A DNA stretch of 63,804 bases, the filler included, from Phoronis australis (Eukaryota; Animalia; Phoronida): assembly GCA_002633005.1 (NCBI GenBank). It is 4 parts of 4 records of this genome, joined end to end, with 100 filler letters (N's around TTAATTAATTAA, not from the genome) between each part and the next. Parts side by side here need not be neighbours in the genome. Positions count along the whole stretch, not along the records: positions 23,893 to 54,997 come from NMRA01001283.1; 3 more parts are not named here. One strand, written 5' to 3'. Shown here piece after piece: positions 36,250 to 46,755 of the stretch. Made by a program: the position numbers and the translations under genes. A model generated the notes under the pieces. That model was not told the origin of the DNA. It did not search any database and saw nothing but the letters and a program-made list of their open reading frames with translations. Every line of letters begins with the position of its first letter. Positions within the stretch are counted from its first letter, which is position 1.

Positions 36250-37164
36250 AAATAGTTTACCCCTCTCTGTGTTACGGCGCTGAGATATGGGGCTTTAAGG
36301 AATATGAACAATTGGAAAATGTACACATCAAGTTTTGTAAACGCATTTTAGGAGTAGGCAGTTGTTGTTCAAACTCGGCAATTATGGGAGAATGTGGTCG
36401 ATTCCCATTGTCTACCAAATATTTTGTTTCTTGTATAAAATACTGGTTCAAAATACTGGAGATGCCTAGTAATCGTGGGGTAAAAGCTGCATATGATGTG
36501 CTTTTTCAGTCAGACCTGATCGGAAGATCCTCCTATAATTGGGCAAGTTTTGTAAGGAAACTTCTGTCTGTGTATGGTTTTTCAGAAGTATGGATTAATC
36601 AGGGTGTGGTAAATCAAGCGTATTTCTTGACTGTTTTTTCTCAACGTGTCAACGACTGTTATTTGCAAGGTTGGCAATCTGATATCGAATGTAACGCAAA
36701 ACTGCCTTACCATGTGGGGTACAAAACAATGTATCATCTTGAGAATTATCTAGAAATGGTTGGTATCCCACGTGTTTTTATCCAGTCTCTGACTCGATTA
36801 CGATGTTCAAATCATTCGTTACTAGTGGAAAGAGGTCGCCACACAAATATTCCATATGAAAACAGGTTGTGTGAGTTATGTAATTCTGGGTGTGTAGAGG
36901 ACGAATATCTCGTTGTGTTAGTTTGTAGTGCGTACCAAGACCTTCGGGTTAAGTACTTAAGTGATCGTTTTTGTCATTCTCCCATGACATCTAAATTTGA
37001 TTCTCTCATGAGAACTCCAGATAGTGAACTTATTAAATTCGTCCATCACGCTCTCAAGCGTCATAATGTATTATCCGGTTTGAAACGTGCCACCTAATAA
37101 TGTTCTGTCTTGTACATGATATACTTGGGGCCTATGGCCATGTGTATATGTCTCAATAAACATT
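36250..37164 (+). mobile_element. 5'-truncated non-LTR retrotransposon (RTE-X-like C-terminus) with TSD
   Basis: LCYGAEIWG...VHIKFCKRILGV...GECGRFPL...RLCELCNSGCVEDEY...C. AATAAA near the end; 10-bp TSD TGAAAGCATA (36240-36249, 37165-37174). Confidence 0.85.
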
Positions 37165-38979
37165 TGAAAGCATAGACCATGATGAAAGTAACACCTGGGC
37201 CCTGGGTTTCAACTTTTTACTAGAGAATGTTTTTATTATTTATGACAATTAATGATCCCAGCATTGGAGCTAAGAGTTTGAGTCCGAGATCGAGGTTTTG
37301 CTAGAAATCTTGAGTTTTACTCAAATTTTAGCTCGAATCTAGTGGTCCTTAAGTATTACCTTGAACTTCAAAGGAAGTGGACTGGAAGTGACAAAAGCAA
37401 TTTCGAGTTCAATTTGGATTGAAAGCATCACTCTAGAGGTGTTTTCCCAAATTATGATCTAATAATCCCTTTTCAGGGTTTTAAGTTAATCCATCAAGAC
37501 TGAGCTAGAACCTGTTTAGCTCAAAAAGCATTTAAATACAACGTGGAGAATGAGAAAGCATCTGTACTAAAATGAACCCATTTTAAGTTACTTGTCCTCA
37601 AAGTATACCATCTTTTAAGCTGCTATTATCCCAACCTTTTTTAGAACCGTCATGTAACAATATAAAATTGGTCTCACTACCAACAATGTTGTTTTTGGCC
37701 TAAATAGTAGCACAAATCTAATCAAAATTGGTCGCATGGAGATTGGCATATCCAGCAGTTGAATTTGGATACTAGTTTCTGGTGTCAGTCTTCGCGAGTG
37801 TGCTCGTGGTTAGACTCTTGGTCTCGTACTGTTCCTTACTTAGATTACATGTGGCATATTGGTTTCCGTTAAACGATAGTTTGTTATTGCTTAAGACCTG
37901 GTGCAATAACCATGGCTTTGAGCAATAACAAAGTTTGAGTTCTTCCAAGTCCACTAAGGAACAAGTTGAGACAGGGATAGAGACATGGCTTGGAATTTTG
38001 TCTTTTAAGAGGATTTTATATTTTTGTTTTTATTTCCTCTTGTTTGATTTCAAGCCTCTTTTTATCATTACTTTGACTTCATTCATGCAAAGACTTTTAT
38101 TTTCATTAATTAAATTTTACAACACGAAAAATAATTTTATCACACAAGCCTATTTGTGAAACTATACATCATCTGGAAAATTTTCCTCTTTTAGTCTTTC
38201 CAATTCCTATATCTAGTGGTAAGTTGTTCAGATCAAAATTGATTTTTTGTCACATACAATGAATGCATTCATAGCACCTTTAAAGGAGTTTAATTTGAAG
38301 GAAATATTGAAGCCAGCAGACACCAGCTGATAAGCGCATTCTGAAATCAACAATTTTGCTATAAATTGTACCTGTGTCAGAGTTTTACACCGCGCTAAAA
38401 TGATGTCTTTCCTAAATCTGGCTTTGGTCTTGAGGCCTTCCGGGGGGCACCTGATGGTTAATCGGCTACAACATGTACCTACACCGCCCGCATTACTACG
38501 CCTATTTACTAAGACCGGTGCAGACGGTGAGGTACCAGCTGAGCTTACAGCCACGTCAAAACAAGAACAACAGGAAGCACGAGCAGCAGGCTCACTCAAT
38601 TGTTGTATTTTCACGCCTTGAAGTAAGCTATCAACTAAAATCGTGACACTTGAGACAGACATCTCAACTCATAGCTTTCCGTCTGCAGTGACGCTTACGG
38701 TGGTGCATGTTAACCTTCCAATTCCCTGCGGTGGCATTGAATGAAACGTCTTCAAGAAACAACACAAAGCGATCCTCAAAGTGTTGACAGGATCTAATGC
38801 AAAACTGGTACTACCCATCTACAAAGCTACACAGCACATCTAGTAATATTTTCACAACAAGAGTAAAAGTATAAAGTTACATTATTCATGTCAGCAATTT
38901 AGTTGTTTTTATTAACTTACACTAAGAATATAACCAACTAAACAATTCATTTCTAAAATTCTAAATACATATACAATAG

Positions 38980-40253
38980 CAGCCGAGTTGAGAAAGGTGG
39001 TTTAAAGATAAAGCTGGATTAAACTGGACTAAGACAAGGTTTTAAGACAATCCGCATTTCATAAACGTGGTTTAACTTGTAGACCAGTGGTCTAGTAACA
39101 TCTGCTTGAACTCCAGTTTAGATCTGGTCTAACTCAGTTTTCATTTCACCTACGAGGTCTAGACTACTTAGACTTGTTTTAAGATCTTAAACCAGGTATA
39201 ACTTTAGACCTGGTCAGACTCGGGTTAAACACTGTTAAACATAGAAGACATGCGCGATATATGTGCATCTGCATAACCATGCAGCTGAATATCGCCGCGG
39301 TGTGGCCATTACCGACGCAATGAACTATTTTCAGTCTGCAGGATGTCCCTCGGACTCCCCGAAGTACGACTGGTCGAGCAGAGTGTTCTGGTAAGCGCCG
39401 GGTTGGGCTGAAAAGGGCGTCATCTATGATCATTCTGATTGAGTTCCATCTCCTTTGGTGTTAGTGGCGGATTTAAGGGTAACCGGGCAGGGGCCCTGCT
39501 TCTTCGCGCCTTGGCCGCGGACAAAAAATAAACAATAAAAATAACACGGATGTAACTTTGGAAATTCATTATGTTTCGGTTAATAGTGGGCATGTACTTT
39601 AATGTGTGCACGTGTGTTGGGCTCACATGTCACAAAATGAAAAATTTTGGCCCATCATGATGTCCAAGGTCCGCCACTAGGTTCCATACTGTTTTTCTGT
39701 ACGATTTTTTCTCAGATGGATTTTTTTTCTGGCCTTCATTTTTTGAGTGTTTCCAAAATAATGTACTTTAACTGTTTGTCGTCGCACTATCCGTATTGCG
39801 GGCACTGTGAAACCACTTTGGGCCAATATCCCCTCCAAGTCTGCTGCTTACGTTGGCTTGGCTTGGCGATAACTTAATCGTTCCCTATACTATTGGATTT
39901 TTCTCTGAACATTCTCCCCATGACAAAAGCTTTTAGACCATTTTCGTAAATGGCTGCACTGATTCTACTACTGTGTGCCATTCATACCCACAGGATCAAG
40001 GTTTCATTGAAGCATTTCAATAGTTTCTTTGTTGGGTTAATCCAGATCAACACAGTAGGGTGACTTGGTTACTTTAAACCCGGTTTTACTAAACCCGCTC
40101 CCTGGTCTTACAAAACCAGGCTTTCAGACTTTTGATTAAACCATGTCAGTGAAATGCAAACTAAGTAAAAAATTACACCAGGTTTAGAAAGTCCAGGTTT
40201 AACTCTTAAGAGTTAAACTTGGTTTTGTTAAACCACCTTTATGAAATCGGACT
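38980..40253. mobile_element. Degenerate PIF/Harbinger-like non-autonomous element
   Basis: Imperfect TIRs (GCCGAGTTGAGAAAGGTGGTTTAA versus the reverse complement of TTAAACCACCTTTATGAAATCGGAC) with many subterminal AAACC/GGTTT repeats. Absent from the paralogous flank. Confidence 0.55.
39462..39679. mobile_element. Small MITE (TAGTGGCGG...CCGCCACTA) nested in the Harbinger-like element
   Basis: Terminal inverted repeat seen; TSD not convincing. Confidence 0.5.
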
Positions 40254-40674
40254 ATGGGGTTATGTCGAATGAGCTATATTTGGTTTCCACTGAACTAACT
40301 TGCGCTAAAATCCGTTTTATAAAAGTTTTAACTAAAATGAGACAGAAAGAGCGTCTTTAAACAACAATTCACAATCCCACACATATATAACAAGTGTAAA
40401 ACACAGGACAAAAGTAGACAATCGATTTTCAAATTAAACTGATGGAGCATCTCAAAAGCACAATCATTAACACATAAGACAAACGAAATGATACATCCGT
40501 GCACTACCCTTTGAAACTCTATGTATTTATTGTGTACTTAAGCAGGCACATACATGTATGTGTGTGAGTGTTTCTTGAAATCATTCAGGCTACAGCAGCA
40601 TATTTGGTACACATTCTACTCAAATCTTCGCACAATCCGACAGATGTCGCAAGAGTAATCAGACGTGAACATTA

Positions 40675-40860
40675 TCAGTTGTTTGCCAATTTGGAGAAAA
40701 GATAGATCAAATTTTCGTGAACTCCAACCTTAAACTGACTGTAATGTCCGTGCAAAGAAAGTAACTCAAATTTTGCGACCTTCGGTTTGTTGAAGAGACA
40801 CGTTTCCATTCCTGGCCAAACTACCATAGGATTTCACGACGTCAACGGATTTGGCACACA
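40675..40860 (-). pseudogene. C-terminal relic of a DUF6119-like gene (copy D)
   Basis: YGSLARNGN...VAKFELLSL...SQFKVG..SRKFDLSFLQI with frameshifts; matches the C-termini of copies A and B. Confidence 0.8.
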
Positions 40861-40872
40861 CAGAGGCAGTAC

Positions 40873-41065
40873 CATGGGTGCACCCAGCCTTTAATATGGG
40901 GGGGGGGGCGAATTTCCGAGGATGTGGATCTTTTACNAACGGGGTACCACCTTCAGGTCTGTGAACTGTGTGTCTGCGCCTTTTTATTGGACTTTTTGTT
41001 TCTCTGAGGCTGACCTTTTCCCCCACTTTGCCAAATGGACCAGCCCCCCACTGGGTGCGCACATG
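40873..41065. mobile_element. MITE family 1 copy
   Basis: CATGGGTGCACCCAG...CTGGGTGCGCACATG; TSD AGTAC/ACTAC. Confidence 0.8.
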
Positions 41066-41403
41066 ACTACTAAAACAGATCCCCAAAGCGGGGCAATGGA
41101 ATATGTTTCTAGGATTGGCCATCAGTTTGATGTAAGGTACAAGGAGACAATTGGATAACAAGGGGTAGCTGTAATGATTAAAATTGAAAAAAGTGTTGGC
41201 ATGTACGGTACCAACGCTTTTAAAGGGTGGGGTACCAATGGTACGTCACCTTTTAAAACTTGATATGATCAAGTCAGGTTAAACAATATCGCCAGTCCGT
41301 CATGCTGTGTCCTATATTTGTACTATTTTGCCTAACCTGAAATCGCTGATGCTGTTTGAGTTATTACCCGAGCAGCTAACGGTCTGCTCGAGACGTTCTT
41401 TGA

Positions 41404-42245
41404 CTACTTGGACTTCAGTTGGACAATGCGCAGCTCAAAGTTTCTTTTCCCTCCCCTTTGGTATCTTGAAAATCCGTTATCCAACGACAGCAGCTCTTGC
41501 TTAGCAATTGTAGAAATTGAACATTTACTGTGCTTTCTTAAAACACTGTAAGCTTGTTTTCAACGATTTTGCAACTGAGTTAATATGTTTTTCTTTTCAC
41601 AAACCTCCAAAAATTTTTCCTCAGTCGATATTTCGACCATCTTGTCGGTCAGATATCCATCAGGACCAACAAACTTTGCCCTTTTTAGTTCTTGCAAAAT
41701 ATCTCTGCCGTCATTCAGAGTCCTGAAGAGAGAGTGATCGAAGGCCTTGAAGTCAAACTTCAGGACATCGCGGTTAGGAACCATGAACCCCAGAACAAAA
41801 ATCAAAGTGACGTCATCCCCGTACAGACCACGAAATTTATCTTTCCCAAATTCCTTTAATTTGTCCCCGACCATATTTTGGTAAGGAGAGCTCACCGTCT
41901 CGGAAGTCGCCATCTTAAAAAACAATTCCGCGTGCGTCTTCGTCTGGGTAACAAAATCATGCCACAGCAGCTGTGCCGCGTCCCGTATTTGTGCACATGC
42001 GTCACGGGTTGAATGGTGAAAACCTTTGTTGTGGAATAGGAATGTTTTATTTCCGCCAATCTGGTGAATTAGCACGTCAAACAATTCTACGCCGTTTACA
42101 ATTATCCTGTCACCGGGTATAATGATAAAATCTGGGACGTGTATTCAAACAAGTAAATTTCATTATATTCACCTTCCTTTAGAGTCATGAAACGTTTTAG
42201 AACATTTGTAACACGTCCCTCACTTAACGATTGTGTGTAAGAGGT
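41404..42245 (-). pseudogene. 5'-truncated DUF6119-like pseudogene (copy C)
   Basis: TLKEGEYNEIYLF (frameshift) PGDRIIVNGVELFDVL...FLFHNK...DACAQIRDAAQLLW...LIFVLG...DGYLTDKM...LQNR*KQ...IAKQELLSLDNGFSRYQRGGKRNFELRIVQLKSK*. It has one premature TGA (41560) and one frameshift (~42130). Confidence 0.85.
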
Positions 42246-42363
42246 GCCCTAAACCGGTGCAGACGGTGAGATAGCAGCTGAGGTTACATCCAAGTCAAGA
42301 CGACAACCGAAAAATCGGACAGCACGTTCATTAAATTGTTGCATATTCACGCTCTGAAGTAAG

Positions 42364-42589
42364 CGTTCGCACACCCAAACTAAAAGGGGGGTGAGAGGGG
42401 GATGTGCTGGAATTTTTGAGAATATCGACCTTTTACTATAAGATTCACAGAGCTGTAAATTGTGCATTCGCCGAATTTGGCAGTTCCAGCTTTTTTAGTG
42501 GACATTTGTCTCGTTTTGTACCAGACCTTTCTGCCCACTACGCCAAATGGGGGACTCGTTCCAGCCCCCTCCCCCTGGATGCGCACATG
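42364..42589. mobile_element. MITE family 1 copy with an empty-site paralog
   Basis: TSD GTAAG on both sides; the paralog at ~38620 reads GAAGTAAGCTATCA with no insertion. Confidence 0.85.
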
Positions 42590-43918
42590 GTAAGCTATCA
42601 ATTCAGGACGTAACTTTCCATCCGCGGTGGCGCTTACGGTAATTCATGCTGTGCGATTCTCTCATCTCATCTTGGGTGGCGAACTGCCGAACATCATTGT
42701 AAAAACGTCTTCAAGAAACAACACAAAGCGCTCACCAAAGTACCAACAGATCTAAAGCTTTATTGCAAAACCAAAACTACCCATCTACAAAGCTACACAA
42801 CTCATCTATAAACTTCGTGTTATTCAACAAGAGTATAACAGTTACAGTTTCCTAATTTCAGTTATTCATGTCAACAATCTACGTACCTCTACAAACGTAC
42901 TCAAATAATATAGTCAATGAAATAGTTCATTTCTAATATGCTAAATATATATAAAACAGGTGATCCTCGCGATTTCCCTTGATCACACTATGAAATGTAG
43001 TAAACAGGAAGTTGATTCCTATACCTAAGCTACTTCAACTTATTGTACACAACGTGAACACCACACCATTGAACAGCAAGGACTTTAAATGTCAGTACGC
43101 ACACACGCACACGCATATCTAACTTATACAAATATTTGATCTATTGCACCCTGATGTGAACTCGACTAAACGTTATGCAGTAAAATTGATTCCGTGGTAA
43201 ACAATATGCAATCTGGTTCTACTAAAGTTATAACGTGACAATCATTGAAGGTACTCTTCCCTTCACATTCACCAATCAAGAACACAGGATGAGTTTCGTC
43301 AAACTAAAATATAAACATTTCGTAACTTTCAACGTTGTTTGTGTTTGCACTATTTCACAATTTCGTATAAAGTTTTTATAAAGTGGGTGCTGTTTCCTGG
43401 GGAAACCTCATTACATATGGAGTGGGTAAATGTACCCGTAATCAGGAAGATGTCTCCTCCATCCAGCTCCGGTGGCTAAGTTAGATGGGGGTGCACCACC
43501 AAAAAATATACTAAAAATTGGTATAAATTCAGTTGAATTTAAGCAAGCTGTGTAGAATAAGCACAACTTGGGCATAATTTTCGACTGAACTAAGTTCAAT
43601 ACATTAAAATCCGCTTAAAACTAAAATGAAGAAGAAAGGATATTTTTCACAACACTACACTTAAACAATAAGCACATAACACAGGAGAAACGTGGACAAC
43701 AAGCCTTCATATTAATCCGGTAGAGCACCTCAAAACCACATTGATTCACACATAAAACCAATGAAATGATACGTCAGTTCGCTAACCTATATTTAATACA
43801 CTCTATGTATGTATGATGTATGTAAGCAATTATGTATACGCGTGTGTTCCTTAAAAAAATTAATACACACAATCTACCACTATCCGACAGATGGGGCTAC
43901 GGTAGTCAGAAGTATTAT

Positions 43919-46432
43919 TTATTGCGTGTTAATTTGGAGAAGAGATAGTTCAAACTTTCGTGAACCCCCAACTTGAAAAGGACTGAAATTATCGTCCAAA
44001 GAAAGTAACTCCAATTTGGCGATCATCGACTGATTGATATGGGCCAAGTTTCCTTTCTTGGCCAAAATATCATACACCTGTTTTAGACGCTCATCCTCAA
44101 TTTCAGTCTGTAATTGTGCGCCTTTGCATTTTTCTAAAAACTTCTCTTGGCTGGTTAAAGGGATCATCTTATCAGTAAGGTAGCCATCTTTCGTGACAAA
44201 CCCAGCATTTTGCAATGCGCCTAATTCTGTGTTAAAATGACTTGGATCAATTGGACTGAAGTCCGTTGTGAAACTGTTGGAGCCTTCGTGTCCCGCGACC
44301 GCATAACCAAGCACAAAAATCAAACGGGATTCATCATCAAAGTAGTTTAAGAAGGTTTGTTTTCCAATTTTTATTAGATTCTTTCTTCTAAACCATTCCG
44401 TCGGGCTTCTCGGAGTTCTCGATTCTACCTGGTCATAGAAAACCCCTGCATGATAGGTGTTACCGCGAAAGTAATCGCGCCAAAGAAGAGACGCAGCGTC
44501 TCTGATCTGAGCACAGGCGGCTCTGGTATCTCTGTTCAACTTCTTTTTGATATAGAACAGATATGTGATCTTGCTACTCTCCTCGTGATATAAAATATCA
44601 AACAACTCGATGCCGTTCACTAAACAGCCGTCGCCAACGATAACATGACTTGTATCGCCAAAGAGATACAGTCCGTTATATTCCTTCTCATTGAGCTGCA
44701 TAACACTTTTCAGGAAATTTGTTATCTCCCATTCCTGAATTTCACTTTGGGAAGCTCCTCGCTTAAAGTCATTAAACATCTGCGTGGTGATAATAGGGTT
44801 CTTCACTTCAAAGTTGCCATCTTCTGGCTTGCAAATGAGATACTTCCCATCTGGTTCAAGCTGCACGAATCTCTGTGGATAAGGTGTTTCGTCGCCGCCT
44901 GTTGTTGCTTTCTTTGTGCAAAATTGCACTATGCCAGAACTGCATGGAATCACACAGCTCGAATCGGATAATTGATGAGCCTTAAGGCCATCTATAGGTT
45001 TAGTCAAGAGTTCCATTAAACGTTTGGCGTCTTCCTCTGAAAGTTTTAAATGGCTTTCTATTTGACGCAGGGTAAACTTTCCTTCTTGTCCTTTCCCCAG
45101 TTGCCTCCAAGGATACGTAAGCATGCATTGGCCTTTCATTTTCTCACCCAAAGCCTTTGTCAGACGGTTAAAGTTTAATTCAACAGTTTCAGAGAGAGAC
45201 GACGCAATAACGTACCAATTTTCAGATATCTTGTGAAAAACTCTTTCACCTTTCTTCACGGTGCCATGAATCAAATCCAGAATGGGCCTTGTCGTGACCC
45301 CTTTCAAATGTCGACACTGATACTTAAGTACAATGTCGTTCTCAAGCAATTCCTTGAGTTTCGTTTTGTCGGTGTAGTTTTCGAGAATGGCAGCGACCAC
45401 CTCGCGCAAGGATGGCATGACGTCCCATTGCATCAATTGCGTTTTGTGGCCTTCACCAGTAGCCAGTTTGTGTCCACATAACGCAAATGACTTTGCCAAG
45501 TGAAAAGCTTCAAACTCCTTGCAACTCAAGTAGTACTGATCCAGAGTTTTGTTGTCTGAAATTAGCCCAATTACTTTTTCATTCAGTTCTTTTTCTAATT
45601 CAGATGAGGTTTCGTCTACATCCTCAACGCGCTGAAAGTTTGCAAGTACTTCAGCAATTTTAGAACTAGATGGATTAATGATTTGAGCCTTTTGGTTTGA
45701 AAATAAGTGAAAAATTTGTGCCCATTTTTCGTATTGCAATTGTTTGCCAATCTTGAAATGATAAACTCCGATTTTCAGTTTAATCTTCTTCTCTTTGTCA
45801 TAAACCAATTTCCCCAACTCACTCTTTGATTCTAAGACCCCATGCACAACAAGAATGACTGATTCAAAATATGAAATTGAATTGAAAGCCAGATCGACAC
45901 CTGCTTTAATAACCCTTGAAGTACGAATATTAGGTTCTGCCACATTCTCCACTGTCAGACGACTGATGTTGTCATCCCGAAGGAAACGTTTTGCGCAGTC
46001 TGTTCGAAATGCTCTGTCAGCTAAAGATAGAATTGGGCGAAATGAAAACCCTTCGCACAAAAAATAGATTTCATCTTGTCGGTAAAACACAGTGATGTAT
46101 CCTGTGAATGTGTTGCCCTTGTTCTTTCGCATAAATTTTTTCAACTCCTCTACTTCAGTCATCTCTTTATCATTAAGTTTTGAAATGAAGTTAGTAATTT
46201 TATCAGCAGCAGTCCCGCCGTTCTGATACCGAATACGTATCACTTGGTATGGCTGAAAGACTTCTTCACGTTCAATAGTAATCTGTTCAGTTTTGCTCAA
46301 ACGATTCTTAAGTGCTTCGAAAATGGTGTTGGCGTCAAAAGTATCAACTTTTAGTTGATCAAGGTCCAATTTGTAAACAGAAGCGTCTTTTGCGATTGAT
46401 GGACAATTCTCCTCACCACCAGTTTCACAATC
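43919..46432 (-). CDS. Large terminal coding exon, TIGR04141/DUF6119-like putative nuclease (copy B, ~837 aa)
   Basis: Uninterrupted 2.5-kb ORF with NEKEYN, VGDGCLVNGIELFDIL, LFYIKK and ACAQIRDAASLL. Acceptor TTTCTTTTTCAG| lies at 46432 with an in-frame TAA just upstream, so the exon must be spliced or start at an internal Met. Confidence 0.87.
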   Translation of the reverse strand, partial: DCETGGEENCPSIAKDASVYKLDLDQLKVDTFDANTIFEALKNRLSKTEQITIEREEVFQPYQVIRIRYQNGGTAADKITNFISKLNDKEMTEVEELKKFMRKNKGNTFTGYITVFYRQDEIYFLCEGFSFRPILSLADRAFRTDCAKRFLRDDNISRLTVENVAEPNIRTSRVIKAGVDLAFNSISYFESVILVVHGVLESKSELGKLVYDKEKKIKLKIGVYHFKIGKQLQYEKWAQIFHLFSNQKAQIINPSSSKIAEVLANFQRVEDVDETSSELEKELNEKVIGLISDNKTLDQYYLSCKEFEAFHLAKSFALCGHKLATGEGHKTQLMQWDVMPSLREVVAAILENYTDKTKLKELLENDIVLKYQCRHLKGVTTRPILDLIHGTVKKGERVFHKISENWYVIASSLSETVELNFNRLTKALGEKMKGQCMLTYPWRQLGKGQEGKFTLRQIESHLKLSEEDAKRLMELLTKPIDGLKAHQLSDSSCVIPCSSGIVQFCTKKATTGGDETPYPQRFVQLEPDGKYLICKPEDGNFEVKNPIITTQMFNDFKRGASQSEIQEWEITNFLKSVMQLNEKEYNGLYLFGDTSHVIVGDGCLVNGIELFDILYHEESSKITYLFYIKKKLNRDTRAACAQIRDAASLLWRDYFRGNTYHAGVFYDQVESRTPRSPTEWFRRKNLIKIGKQTFLNYFDDESRLIFVLGYAVAGHEGSNSFTTDFSPIDPSHFNTELGALQNAGFVTKDGYLTDKMIPLTSQEKFLEKCKGAQLQTEIEDERLKQVYDILAKKGNLAHINQSMIAKLELLSLDDNFSPFQVGGSRKFELSLLQINTQ

Positions 46433-46626
46433 CTGAAAAAGAAATGACGACGTTTAAAGAACGAGGCTTTCATCGAAACCATTTCTGGTTACGATGCCAG
46501 CAATCACTACTCCAGAGAAGACTGGTAAGTTAAATAATCACCACCCGTGAAATTTCACGGTTAAGTCAAAGCGCGCCATGTGACCGGTCAATTAATTTTT
46601 AATAAAAACAACAACGGTTTTAAACC

Positions 46627-46673
46627 GCCTTGACATGTTTTGGTGTCATTTATTCAATCACCGTCATCAGAGG
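46627..46673 (-). ncRNA. Degenerate minimal hammerhead ribozyme of a Penelope-like element
   Basis: Minus strand CCT-CTGATGA-C-GGTG-loop-CACC-AAAAC-ATGTC-AAGG; the canonical GAAA is mutated to AAAA. It lies immediately 3' of the PLE ORF. Confidence 0.6.
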
Positions 46674-46755
46674 AGATAATATAGTTGCCACCTAGCTAGG
46701 CCCAGCAACAAGTGATGAAGCACAGATACAGTCAGTTACAGGGAGTGACAATGAA

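Larger units (their letters stand above)
38490..40670. repeat. Segmental paralog of 42250-43918 (3' flank of the DUF6119-like genes)
   Basis: Shared blocks such as ACCGGTGCAGACGGTGAG, AAACGTCTTCAAGAAACAACACAAAGCG, CTACCCATCTACAAAGCTACACA, ACTGAACTAA, GAAATGATAC and ATCCGACAGATG. Confidence 0.8.

Noticed and set aside
36312-37097. 261-aa ORF as a host gene
   Set aside because: It is the C-terminus of a 5'-truncated LINE ORF2 bounded by a TSD.
23927-46432. Bacterial contamination or a prokaryotic operon as the source of the two large ORFs
   Set aside because: Conserved splice acceptors, eukaryotic TEs in the immediate flanks, pseudogenised tandem paralogs and no neighbouring bacterial genes.
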